From contig OX597819.1 in assembly GCA_951406725.2 (NCBI GenBank), forward strand, positions 127,100,001 to 127,164,000: a stretch of 64,000 nt of DNA, written 5' to 3'. Numbering within the stretch: the stretch's first letter is position 1; every line of letters starts with the position of its first letter. Position numbers and translations under genes: made by a program. This document shows, one piece after another, positions 27,461-39,950 of the stretch. The notes under the pieces were generated by a model. That model made no database searches and had not been told where the DNA came from. It saw only the letters and a list, made by a program, of their open reading frames with translations. The stretch is from Octopus vulgaris (taxonomy: Eukaryota).

Positions 27461-28026
27461 TTGGGTTGTCCGGAAAGTTCGTTCCGATTTTTAAAGGAAA
27501 GTAAAGGTCACTAAATACTTGCCATTACATTTTTAATGAACCAAATCTGAACCATTTCGTTGCACAATACGTCTCCATCTTTCCTTTACCTTGAAAATAC
27601 CTTCTACCCAGAATTGGGGTGGTTTCAAGGCAAAGAATTCGTCAAGGTATCTTTTTACGTCATCTAAGGAATTGAAATTTTTACCATTAAGACTTTTCTG
27701 CAGAGACCTGAATAAGTGGAAATCCGAAGGAGCAATATCTGGGGAATAGGGAGGGTGGGGGTAACACACCCCAGCCGAGCTGCAGCAATTTTTGTCTGGT
27801 TCCCAAAGCATCAAGTGCCGAAAATGAACTTTCTCATCTTTTATTTTAAAGGGTTACAGAATTAACACAGGTTATAGGAACATAAACCTTCTTCCACGAA
27901 AAGATAGCTTAAACTATGCTCTAAATGAAGGTGCAGTCAAATCCTACTTTATGGACTCAAACATGTTCTAAAATAAGTCGAAAGATAAGCTACAATAAAT
28001 CGGCACGAACTTTCCAGACAACCTAA
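27461..28026 (-). mobile_element. Internally deleted mariner (TTGGGTTG-type TIR)
   Basis: TIRs TTGGGTTGTCCGGAAAGTTCGTTCCGATTT / AAATCGGCACGAACTTTCCAGACAACCTAA with TA TSD. HPPYSPDIAPSDFHLF motif. Confidence 0.92.
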
Positions 28027-28647
28027 TATTTCTATATTTTTATCATGAAACTCCTTAACATAAATATGTGTATATTCGTATGGAATAATACCTCATGTGC
28101 TACATCTGAATTTTCTTGTCTGAATGTTTTAAGACAAATATCCGAAATTTTTATCGTCTACTACATTTTACTAATGCTTAGCTCATGTACGGAGACAAAA
28201 ATGATATTCTATATACTGCAGGTTATCTCCATTAAAATTCTCGTATTATATACATTATATATATATAACATGCACACTGGCGAATATAAATTTGAGACCG
28301 ATGATAAAAGTTCTATTTCTTACATAATATTGTTACTAGTCCTTTGCTGATCTTTATATTGACCAGTCTCCGAGTATAACTTCCACGCTTGCACGCAAGC
28401 CGGTTTACTGCACTTTAGTTGCTTGCTGATGTTCGAAAAGGAAGCTTTTTGCTGTAATATACGATTTTTGCTCTCGTGACTGGACTAAGGCTACGTTGTT
28501 TTCCCATTATTAATAAATTGTATAATAACATTAAATTATAACTTTATATGGTGCATTTAGGCTCGTTGTGTGACCACCCATTTTGGCCCAAAAAATTGCA
28601 TACATATTACATGGTCTTAATTTTGCCGGTAATTTGAAACGTTTATA

Positions 28648-28815
28648 TTACGTTCTGAGTTCAAATTCTGCTGAGGTCGACTTTGCCTTTCATCCTTTAG
28701 GGGTCGATAAATTAAGTACCAGTTACGCACTGGGGTCGATGTAATCGACTTAATCCGTTTGTCTGTCCTTATTTGTCCCCTCTATGTTTAGCCCCTTGTG
28801 GGCGGTAAAGAAATA
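28648..28815 (+). mobile_element. SINE family C, 5'-truncated
   Basis: Matches family C from TTACGTTCTGAGTTCAAATTC to TAAAGAAATA. Confidence 0.88.
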
Positions 28816-29001
28816 TATATTAATTTAGCATTAGAATTCTTCAAGTTGTATAAAAATTGTTTGCATCATTCGAAAGAGAAATAAATTTTGCATAAGGTGT
28901 AAAAGATATAAATAATTTGTATGGTGTTAGTAACAAAATATTTTGTAAGAAATAGAACTTTCATCGTTAGTCTTAAATATATTTTCGCCGGTGTATATAT
29001 C

Positions 29002-31507
29002 TCAAGTCATCCCATAAGTTCTGTCCGAATTTTGGATAAAGAATCCAAGTGATCAAATGTTATATTTGATTGAAAGTTAATTATCAATGTACTTTCCCTG
29101 ATTATCTATGACTTGCTTCCATCTATTTACAAGCTTTTTAATCCCATCAATATAAAACTCTTTTGGTTTCAAAGCGAAGAACTCTGAAATGTCAGGTTCG
29201 ACCTCCTCCTGGCTTGCGAAAGTTGTGTCCCCCTAATAATTCCGTAAACTATGAAACAAATGGTATCCTGAAGGAGTAAGGTCGGGAGAATAAGTTGGAT
29301 GAAGAAAATTTTCCATACCGACCTCTTCGATCTTCTGTGATATGATCTTTGCAGTGTGGGGTTGCGCATTGTCCTGATGAAACATCACTCGTTTTCGATT
29401 AACTAAAGCGGCTCTTTCTTTTTTTCAAAGCTTGGTTCAAACGCTCTAATTGCTGACAGTAGACTTGAGCATTGATTGTTGCATTAGGTGGTAACAATAT
29501 AAAGTGAATTACGCCTTTGCAATCGCACCTGATAGAGTAGAACCTTTTTCCCATGAAGTTCCCTTCTCGGTTGTGGTTGAGCATTTTCCCTTTTACCAAG
29601 CCACTGTTTACGACGTTTAACATTTCGATAGAAAATCCATTTTTCGTCACAAGTCTATCGAAAAAGGGTGAAATGAGTCTGCGAGAATGGAGAGAAGAGC
29701 AGATGTCAACTCGAGATTTGCGGTTGCTTTCGGACAATACATGAGGCACCTATTTTCCAAGTTTAGGAATCTTTCCACGTTGTTGAAGATGACGATGAAC
29801 TGTTGTATGGTTTGAAGTAAGCTTTATTGCCAATTCTTCAACTGATAATGACGGATTTTCTTCAAGTAATGCCTCATGGAGCTTATCATCAAACTCAACT
29901 GGACATCCTATTCGATCTTCATCTTCAATTTTGCAAACGATCTCCTGCAAGTTCTTTCATTCAAGCACTTTCCCATAAACTGAGTGTATGTTTCGAGTCA
30001 CTTCGGCTGCAGAGTTACCTTTATTGTAATCATAAAGAATTATATGTGCCTTAAATGCTCTTTGGATACTTCCATGTTGAAAGGGTTTTAATCAAAGCAA
30101 TTTTAGGGTGTCCACGAAGTCTGGGTAAATGGAATAAAATCATAACATAAACAAATATAAGAAATAATAATTTTCCTTTTTACTTTTGTTTAAATTAAAT
30201 AAAAAAAATACTTTACTTTTCTAAATTTATTTGTTGTTTTTTCTACAGACGATCGAATGATGGCTCTGTCTAAAGAAGAAAGAATCCCAGATCGAATGAT
30301 GGCTCTGTCAAAAGAAGAAAGAATCGAGTTATTATTATTAAGTGGACGAGAGGGATGGTCTTATCACAAAATTGCGGAAGAATTTAATCTTCGACACCCT
30401 TATAGGCAACCTATTTTTTTTACTACCGTCGGGAAATTGATCAAGAAACTTAAAGAAACCGGCAGTGTTTTGGATAAACCCCGTTCCGGGCGACCAAAGA
30501 TTTCAGAAACGAGAGGCTGTCATGGCTAAAGTTTCTGCTAGCCCAAAGAAATCACTTCGTCGGACATCAACGGTGTTAGGTGTTCCAAAACCAACCATCC
30601 ACAAAATGCTGGTTGAGGAAAAGTTTCATCGACACAACCTACAGATATTGCATCACTTAAATGAAGACGACCCTGATAAACGAATGTAGACGTGCGAATG
30701 GTTTTCAGATAAATTGGATGAAAATATCAATTTTACGAAAAACATTGTTGTTCAGTGACAAAGCTACGTTTTATGTAAATGATGAGGTCAACAGACAGAA
30801 TCTTCTATACTGGTCTCGAGGTAATCCACATTGGATGGATCCATCCAAACAGCAAGGCAGCAAAAAGGTGATGGTGTGGTGTGGTTTGTGGAAAGCTCAT
30901 GTTCTAGGACCCTTCATTGAACATGAAACGGATGAGACTTATGTAAACATATTGAGCGACAAATTAATATCTCAAATTGAGCCCCTACCCATTTTGCCAC
31001 AACTGTTAGAGATTGGCTAAATAACACTTTTCCTCACTAGATTGGAAGAAGGGCTCATATGGAAAGGTCCCCTCGTTCACCAGACCTTTCTCCCCTTGAT
31101 TTCTTTTTCTGGGGTATGTTGAAAGAGAATGATTACAATAAAGATTACAGATTTAAAACACAGTGTGCTGAAATTGATAGTAATGTAGACTTATTTAATC
31201 AAGTTCACCTGAATTTTGCTAGGTACATCAAGTTATGCATTGAAAAATGATGGAAATCACTTTGAAAATATTATTTATTAACATTATAATTAAATAAAAT
31301 TGGTTTGTTTTAAAAGTATGTGTTAATCCCCATGTACGCAGACTTTGTGGACACCTCTATTATTTTGTAAAACAATATTGAATTAGCTTAAACGTACACA
31401 AATGCATAAAAATAATTTTTAATTGAATTAGACATTTGAAAGTATTATTAAATTTCATTTGAATCTAAAAAAAGGTAAAATTAGACAGAACTGATTGGAT
31501 GACTTGA
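29002..31507 (-). mobile_element. mariner of the same family as 16262, interrupted by a nested transposon
   Basis: TIRs TCAAGTCATCCCATAAGTTCTGTCCG and GACAGAACTGATTGGATGACTTGA. Transposase pieces at 29399..29950. Sequence either side of 30105-31357 is collinear with 17240-17410. Confidence 0.92.
30105..31357 (+). mobile_element. rosa/DD41D-like Tc1/mariner element nested in the mariner
   Basis: TIRs AGGGTGTCCACGAAGTCTGGG / CGCAGACTTTGTGGACACC. Motifs RSGRP, FSDKATF, VMVWCG, SPDLSPLDFFFWG. About 40 residues lie between the inferred second D and the third D. A ~40-bp tandem duplication lies at 30250-30325. Confidence 0.85.
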
Positions 31508-31528
31508 TATATATAATCTATGATATTC

Positions 31529-34500
31529 TAGTAGGTTTCAAGTTTATAACACCTTGGTATCCCATGTGATCTCATTTTATATGCCTAAGACATATGCCCA
31601 AATGCGGTCGGCCGAATTACGACCCTCCCTTGCATGGGACAAAGAGTCATCTCCGGTGCAAGTAAGACTTAGTGACTCAATGGGTTCTGACAAGACCAGT
31701 GTCGGGCGCTCAACTTTGCGTCCGACACTGACGTACTACAAAAATAAGAAAAATATTTTTAGATTAGAGTATAATAGTTATTCCCTGATGATAAAAGGCG
31801 CTCAGCTCCCACTGGACCTAGCACATGACCCGATCGATGAAGTCCGGTCTACTGAATTAGAGACGGACCGAGATAGGGTCGCTAGGGACCTCCCCCATGA
31901 TATTCGTTCTTTTAATTTAGAAATAGATCGAGAGGAGGTAGTGGGGGTATCAAGCCCCACTCCAGTTGGGAGCGAATTTTCGCTTACCATTCCTTGCGCG
32001 TCATGCTCCGTAGCCTGTCCGCTATGTCCTCTGCGCTTCTCCTCCCCCCATGATTGGGGGGAGCACTTAGTCTGTAGACATGGCATTAAGCCTGTATACA
32101 GTTGCAGTAAATGTGATAGGGAAAGCGGGCACCTCCATTCCATGAGGTGTCACGCGGGTCGGTGCGATGGTGGTGCATTTAGAGCGCCTGCCCCTAGTCC
32201 GGCTCTAGTCTCCTTCGATTGTGACCACTGCAGCCGTTCTTTTTTGACGGCTGTAGGTCGATCGCAGCACATTCGCCATAAACATCCTGCAGTGGCAAAT
32301 GCCCGCAGGATTGCTGCTCGCTTAGAGCAAATTGCGAAAAAGCGTGCCGATCGGGCAGCCGCTGCCGAGGCAATAGGCCAAAGACGCAGGAGCTGTTGGT
32401 CTGACGAGGAAGTAGCGGTCCTCGTCGAAAAGGAGTCTGAGCTGATAAAGACAGGGGTAAAGCAGATCAATGCAGCCATTGCACGGTTCCTGCCGGGCAA
32501 AACGGCCAAACAGGTAGGATCCAAAAGGGCTGCTCTGGCCAAAAGGGCTCGTACGAGTCATCAAGGGTCAGAGCAGTCCGCGACCAGTTACCAACCACAA
32601 ATCGGGGGAGGATCCCAGTCTAATTTTGACTGGAAGGATCGCTTCCTCGATGCTGCTTGTCCCGGGCATACTCGTTGGTCTGCAGTCTTCTCCGAGGCCC
32701 TTTTGAAACTCGTGGAGGACGGGACTGCGGCTGCCTGGGGCTCGTTTGAGAGAAATGTAGAGGACTGGGTGGAGCAGTATAAATCGTGTAGGGAGGTAAC
32801 CACCAGGAAGAATATAGTCAGAGATAGCAATAGAAATACTAGACTTAGGCGACGGGGTAAGCGTCATGCTTACGCCCGCCATCAAGATCTATTTAAGAAA
32901 AATAGGAAGAGGCTCCTTGCAGTTGTGTTAGGCGAGGACAAGGAGCAGGAATGCCCTATTCCACTCTATGCTATAGAGGAATTCTATAGAGGGAGGCTTT
33001 CTGCTCCAGGCTCTGAGGTTGATCTGACGAACTACCCTTCCTCCTCCCAGGTTGAGAGCGACTCCATTTTGAGTCCGTTCTCCGTGGAATAGATTAAAGT
33101 TCAATAGACGTAGGATGAAGATCTCCTCAGCGGCGGGTCCGGATGGTATCACTGTTAGTGAAATCAAATCAATGGACCCAGCTGTCCTTGCAAATATATG
33201 CAACTGCATGTTGCTGGCGGGTAAGGTACCCGATATCCTGAAGCGGGGTAGGTCTGTTCTCATATCAAAGAGATCAAACGACCCTTACGATCTTGCAAAT
33301 TGGCGACAATCACGATATGTTCTGCGGTATATCGTTTATTCTCTAAGATAGTCGCCAAACGCATGCTTCAGGTAACTTCCCCGAATCCAAGCCAAAGAGG
33401 CTTTATCCGCGCTGACGGCTGCAGTGAGAACTCGTTTCTTCTTCGACAGCTCGTCAGTCGCGCGATGGGGAGGCCAGCACGACTGAGAATACCGCGGCTG
33501 GAGGTTGCCTTGGATCTCTCCAAGGCCTTTGACACGGTCTCGCACTATCTGGTATATGCGGGACTGCGGAGGCTTGGGTTCCACGAGCACGTTATAGTGC
33601 TCGTGGAGGGGATCTACGAAGGTAGCACTACCAGATTCTCAGTTGACGGGCAACTTAGTGAACCCATAGAGATTCGTAGGGGTGTTAGGCAGGGGGACGC
33701 GCTCTCGCCGATCCTCTTCAACATTGCGACTGACCCGCTGTTAGATGTGTTATCCGGCTGTGGGGATTTGCATGTTGAGGGGATCCGGATGGATGGAATC
33801 GCGTACGCTGATGACATGGCCCTAGTTGCGAAATCGCGCGATGGTCTCCAGGCTCTTATAGACAGATGCCTGGAGTTCTATTGCGCGGTTGGACTGGGGC
33901 TTAATGTCGGTAAGTGGGCGTGGTTCTCCATCCGCGGCTGGGGCAAGTCCTACCTTGTCAATGATAGCACCCCGCCGAAGATTGATGGTATCACTATTAA
34001 AAAGGTAGAACCGGGGGATAAGGTTTTATATGTAGATGTAAGCATCCCCACGTGGACATTAATCTCAAGTCGGGAGTTTGATTTAGATTCAGTGGGGCAG
34101 GTGTCACTGGACGTTGATAAAATGTGCAGGGCTCCGCTGAAACCCCGACAAAAATTCCTCTTGCTTCAACGGTACTATCTGCCTAGACTCTTTTACGGTC
34201 TGGTGCAGGCGCTGCCGTCAAGGGGGATACTTGAGAGGCTGGACACGGCCATCCGCGTGGGGGCTAAAAGAATGCTTCATCTCCCCTACTCTACTTCCTC
34301 TTCCTTCCTTTATAGCAGCGGGCGGGACGGAGGGTTAAGTCTTCACCAAATGGTGAGACTGATACCAAAGTCCGTCATCCGTCGTAACCTTCGCCTTTTG
34401 ATGTCAGAATATGTCTCTGTTAGAAAGGTTGCTGACTCTGCAGGATTAGCCGAACAGAACCAGCAACTAATAGTTTCCTTCGACTCGCCTTTACTTCCTG

Positions 34501-35477
34501 CGGACGCGGCCAAATACGACCCTGACATCTGGCTGGTGCATTCCCATCGATGGGTGGCCCAGCCGGTGCAGGGGGTGTGTGCGGCGGCATACCGTGGGGA
34601 TGCTATAGGCAATAGTTAGATCAGTAGGCCGGGTAGGATTACGGAGGGGTGCTTCTTGAGTTTACTCAAGATGCGCTCCAACGACTACCCTACCCGTGAA
34701 ACCCTGACACGTGGACTCCGTGGGGACTCCACGTGTCCGAGGTGTAGAATAGGGACAGAGACTATCTCTCACGTCAGTGGAGTTTGTGGTTCTCTTAAAG
34801 GGCCACGGCTCGCCAGGCATAACAAAATGTGTGACCTGGTGGCGAAGGAGGCTGTTGATCATGGTTGGAGTGTTAGTGTAGAGCCGTCTTACATTATAAA
34901 CGGCTCTAGGCTGATACCAGACCGGGTCTTTAGTCGTCCGGAGAAGGTGGTTGTCGTCGATGTGACTATCAGATTGGAGCAAGGGGACGCCTTGAAAGAG
35001 GCTGCCCTCGAGAAAATGCACAAATACCGTCCGCTCGAACAATTGCCTTCGCAGGAGTTTGACTGGCCGGTGGCGGTGCATGGACTCCCAATCGGTGCCT
35101 GTGGTGCCTGGTGCCGGCCTGCGAGTCTAACACTAGACGCCTTGGGCATAAAAGATAAGTCATTTCGACGACTTCTCAGCCGGACGGCTTTAATTTGTAC
35201 ATACAATATGTTGAGGGACTAGCCCTCAAATATAAGCCAATTTCCCCACGGACCCCAACATAACACCCCCTCAGTGAAGTCCTCAAGTTTTTTTTTTTTA
35301 GACTGAGAGGCTGGTTTGTTGGTGACCCTGCAGTGTTTTTTTTTCTCATCTGCGAGGGGTAGCAAGGCTTTAGGGCCTAGCTTCGGTGGGGTGGAGACCT
35401 ATTGAGAAAAGCAACTGGTCGCCATAGCGTCGACTGTAGCCGTGTACAGTCGCCCCTATGGCACCCAGAGCGAGCTG
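31529..35477 (+). mobile_element. R2-clade-like (R2-A architecture) RLE non-LTR retrotransposon, apparently full length but mutated
   Basis: CCHH-CCHC-CCHH zinc fingers, Myb (WSDEEVAVL), RT (DLSKAFD, GVRQGDALSP, YADD), CCHC knuckle (CPRC...HVSGVC), RHN and PD..D..EK..KY endonuclease. Visibly more GC-rich than its flanks. Element ends are inferred. Confidence 0.88.
31554..35222 (+). pseudogene. R2-like single ORF (ZF-Myb-RT-RLE) broken by stops at ~33090 and ~34617 and a frameshift at ~33305
   Basis: ORFs 31554..33092, 33115..33351, 33300..34619 and 34656..35222 join into the canonical R2 domain order. Confidence 0.9.
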
Positions 35478-35602
35478 ATGACATTCCCCGGACCCTAAGT
35501 TAAGGCATGTGTAAAATTTGAATGAAATTGGTTGTGTAGTTCTCAAGTTTTTGGGAGACAGACATACAGACAGATACATTCTCAGTTTTATATATATAAA
35601 GA
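35478..35602 (-). mobile_element. 5' fragment of a Lep1-like Helitron
   Basis: Minus strand A|TCTTTATATATATAAAA...TGTCTGTATGTCTGTC...CAACCAATTTCATTCAAATTTTACAC, a typical Helitron-associated 5' end. Confidence 0.65.
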
Positions 35603-37475
35603 TAGAAGGGTATGATCAGAGAATGGGAAGCGGGGAGAGATTTGGCAGTTGTTCCTTGCAAATCAGGTGGTAATGTATGGGATTCTACATTACATGTACG
35701 GGGTTTGTTTCTGTTGAGTTTTAAGTAAGGACCTAAAACCTGGTCGAAGAATACTAAACAACAAAAGCGTTCCAACCGTGACCGTCTTGATATTGTTGTA
35801 TTTATCTAAGCTGACAGTGCGTGAATTGAGATGCCGTTGCCGTTGCCACTTTTAGCAAGACCAGCTAAAAGAAGCTGCCAAAAACTTCGTTGCTGCATAA
35901 AAGCCCCTGTCAAAATTTGTGGCACGGTAGCAAAGAATATGCTTTATGGGAAGACAGAAAGGCAGATTGCTGTTATTTCAATTTTTACAGAAGGCTCTCT
36001 ATTTTAAGCAGTAGCAAAAGCAGTCATTGCAAAAAGAACGAAAACCCTCTTATGAATTTCTGCTGTTATAATATTTATTTCGCAATTGTATGGTTCCCAG
36101 TTATATTCCGGAGCAGGCGTATTGGGCGTAATATCAGGTTATCTCGAACGTTGCGATTATAATTGGTTATCTGGAAACTATGCGGAACCCATGACATCGA
36201 CTATACGTATTCTTGGACTCAGTATATCACTCCGTTCAACATCACTTCTTGCTTTTGGATGTGCTTAGCAGAATTCACTTTGTTGCTAGTATTCGGATGA
36301 AATTTTCGCTCTAAAAAACACGATTCCCTGATACGTTGTTTCCTGCCTATTACAATAGACAACGACTCGTCATGATACCCTCCTTTCCCCACCACCAGTG
36401 TTGGAAAGACAGATATGGGTGCTGTCATTGTGCATTTGATTTCACCATAAACAAACTATACTACTAACACCTTAATACAAAAGGAAAAGAATAAGACAGT
36501 AAGATGAACAAGTCGATGGTAATAAATACAGTTTATACCAACAAACCTACTAAATACGTACATCAATATATTGAGAATAAATTTATGTATAGTAATTCAT
36601 TGAACAGAATATCTATTCATTGCTATTACTCGGAAGATCTTTCAGAGCAAGACTAAATTATTTTTCAGATTGTCTAAATATTTCCGAATTTAAATTAATT
36701 TAACAGTCGAATTGCCTACTGTGCTTTCTGTCTAGAATTAACCTCAGAATGATTCCCCACCCTAATTCCTTTTATATATATATACAGGAAGCCTTGAATC
36801 TATGGAAAAGAAATAAAAAAAAATAATCGATAATTATACTATCCACATTGTGTATTATACGCTGAACGCATTAAACCTAACATAATTTGTATTTAGTTGT
36901 GTTTTTTTATTTCTTAATTTGTAATTTATATATTCCAAAAGAAAAGCGATTAATTTGCAACAATGTAAATATTTCATTTAATGCTTAATTTTAAGTACAT
37001 TTATCGAACAACATTGCTTTAGATCTTTTTACAGACGAAGAAGTATTTATATAGAATACATACATACCATAGATATGAATTCACACTCACACACGCATAC
37101 ATATATACTTATTTATATATGTGTGTGTAAAGAAGTATATACATCTATGTATATACATATATAATTATATATATACATAAATCTATCTATCCATCTGTCT
37201 GTCTGTCTGTGTGTGTGTATAAATAGACTAGCAGCTAAACCCGGTCGGTTTGGATGATGTGGCTGTAAAACCTGTTCTGTGTATGTATTGGACTTGTTTG
37301 GGCACGCTTACGTTAAAAATTTTTTTAGAATTTTAGAATGATTCATTTTAGAATTACTTCTGTCAAAACGCTAAAAATAACTGTCCAACAAAAAAAAAAC
37401 CAAGATTCAATCAAATCAAAGAATAAACCGAAATACAAAGCGAACAAAGATGAACCATCCCACTTCCATTGTGCG

Positions 37476-37514
<39 letters not shown>

Positions 37515-37857
37515 ACAGACACATTCACATACCCTTTCTTTTACATACACACACATATACTCATACAGAGTTGAAACGCTGTTTGATATATTTTTTCAGC
37601 GTCCAATTTTCATAATCCTATTACCAAGTATGACATCACCCCTTCCTTTCTTATTCCTCTATCGCCCATTCTTTCTCATTGATAAACACAAGAGTATTAT
37701 TATAGTAGAATATCTCGATAATCATGGGAGCTATGAAAAAATATAAAGCCCAGCATCACCACCGGATCATTCTACACATCTGTGTAAATTTTTGCGCAAT
37801 TCCACCCAGCCGTTTGACCGTGAGTCCCAAGACAAGAAAGAATCGCCCATGTCCAAT

Positions 37858-37890
<33 letters not shown>

Positions 37891-38550
37891 CATACACATA
37901 GATATATCTATATACGTGTACACAAACACACACACACATATGTGTTTGTATGTGTGTATGTATGTGTGTGTGTGTAACACATATATTTATATATACATAC
38001 ACATGCATATATACATGCATGAATATACATACATAAACACACATATATATCTATATATAACTATACACACACATATATATATGCGTGTGTGTGTGTTTCC
38101 AAAAACTTATATTTAGGAATATACTCATATCAATAAATCATTATCATTTAAGACAATATATGTGTATATGTATACACATGTGTATGTATGTATGTGCGTG
38201 TTGTGTGTGTGTGTGCTACAAAAATAAATACAAAGATGTGATAAATAACAAACAAGGTATATTAGGTTTACTTTCAGAAACGAAAAGGTATTTTACATTT
38301 CGAGCATACGCTCATCCGCCGAAGGAATAGAGGAGTTTAAATATACGAAAATTGTAGAAAGAGAGAGAGAGAAAAGAAGAAACAAGGCTCAAGTAGACAC
38401 TTACCACATGCTTAATTATACATGTTTATAGATACATACACAAACACACATGCACACACAAGCACACACATACACACTCACACACACATATATATGTATA
38501 TATATACACATACATATGTATATATATAAATATATGTATGTATGTATTAT

Positions 38551-39950
38551 GCCCACCGGCTCACTGTCTTCGGCATGATGTTCCTTACTGATCTCAATGC
38601 TTGCAGCGTTCCTCTGGTGTGTTGGTGTTTATGCTTCAGCAGAGCAGCACGCTTCGCCTCCATGAGAGTATTGAGTTCTTTCACATTCGCCTGAAACCAG
38701 TCATGCTTCCTTTTCCTCCTCCTCCTCCCAAAAGCCTACAGTGCAGTGCTATGGATGTTGTCCCTGAGAGAGGCCCATCTCTGCTGAATATTGCCTTCTT
38801 GGTGCTTCTACAAGAAGGGCGTTTTCCAGTGTCTTGAGGAATATATATATGTCTTAGTTGGTTGCGGAAGTAGTGATGCGCTGCTCGCATGGGGGCTTGA
38901 CGCAGTGCATCAATTTTTGTTGGAGTTTGAGATTTGAGATTACAGCAAACCAAGGAACAACATACAGAAGATAGATGGACGGTGTGCAAATGGTTACTGC
39001 TTACAACTATGTGCAGATATCCAGCTGTCGTTTGACACAGGCAACATTCGTGGAAGGTATGAGGGTATCAAGATAGCCATCGGTTCAACCCAAAGAAAGA
39101 TAGCACCACTCAAATCCAGAACAGGAGAAGTTATTAAGGACAAAAGAGAACAGTTGGAGAAAAGGGTGGAACAGTATTCCAAATTCTATGCTAAAGAAAA
39201 ACCCCATCTCGAATAGTGCGCTAGACACTGTGGGGGATCATGGAGCAGTTGGACGCACTGCCAACTGAGCAGAGCTATTGATGACTTGTCCACTGGAAAA
39301 GCACAGGGTTTGGATGGAATCTCATCAGAGATTATCAGATGAGCAAGGAGAGTTATACTTAGCCACTTGCTGAAGCTACAGTGCTGGGAGGAGGGATCAG
39401 TATCTCAAGACATGAGAGACTGCAACATTGTCACCCTATATAAGAACAAAGGAGACAAAAGCGGCTGCAATAACTACCGAGACATCTTGCTGTTAAGCAT
39501 CGTTGGGAAATTCTTTGCCTGCGTGGCTCTAAATAGGCTACAGAAAACCGCTAAGAGTGTATACTCCGAATCTCAGTGTAGTTTCAGAGCAAAACACTCC
39601 ACCATCAACATGATATTCTCTCTCCGACAGCTACAGGAAAAGTGTCAAGAGCAAAGACAACTACTTTTTATCACCTTCATCGACCTCACAATAGTCAGTA
39701 GAGACCGCCTGTTCAAAATCCTTGCCAAGATTGGCTGTCCTCCAAGACTTCTCAGGATTGTTCAATCATTGCACACGTACATGAAAGGCACCGTTCAATT
39801 TGATGGTTCTTTTTGCAGGAATTCAACATACGCAGCGTTGTGAACAGGGTTGTGTACTTGGCACCTCCCTATTTGGCATCTTCTGTGCAGTAATGCTGAA
39901 ACATGCATTTGGTACATCAACTGACGGTTTTTACCTCCACACCAGGTCAA
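38551..39950 (+). mobile_element. Decayed RTE LINE fragment with an inverted 5' segment (38551-38975 on the minus strand)
   Basis: The plus strand gives RCANGYCLQLCADIQ...GNIRG and RT ORF 39367..39843 (IVTLYKNKGDK, QLQEKCQEQ). The minus segment gives the upstream linker (SLVCCNLK...QQRWASLRDNIH...HDWFQ...KTVSRWA). Confidence 0.85.

Noticed and set aside
35471-35490. CTGATGA at the R2-like 3' end as a hammerhead core
   Set aside because: It appears to arise at the junction with the Helitron fragment (ATGACATTC), and no stem II-GAAA follows.
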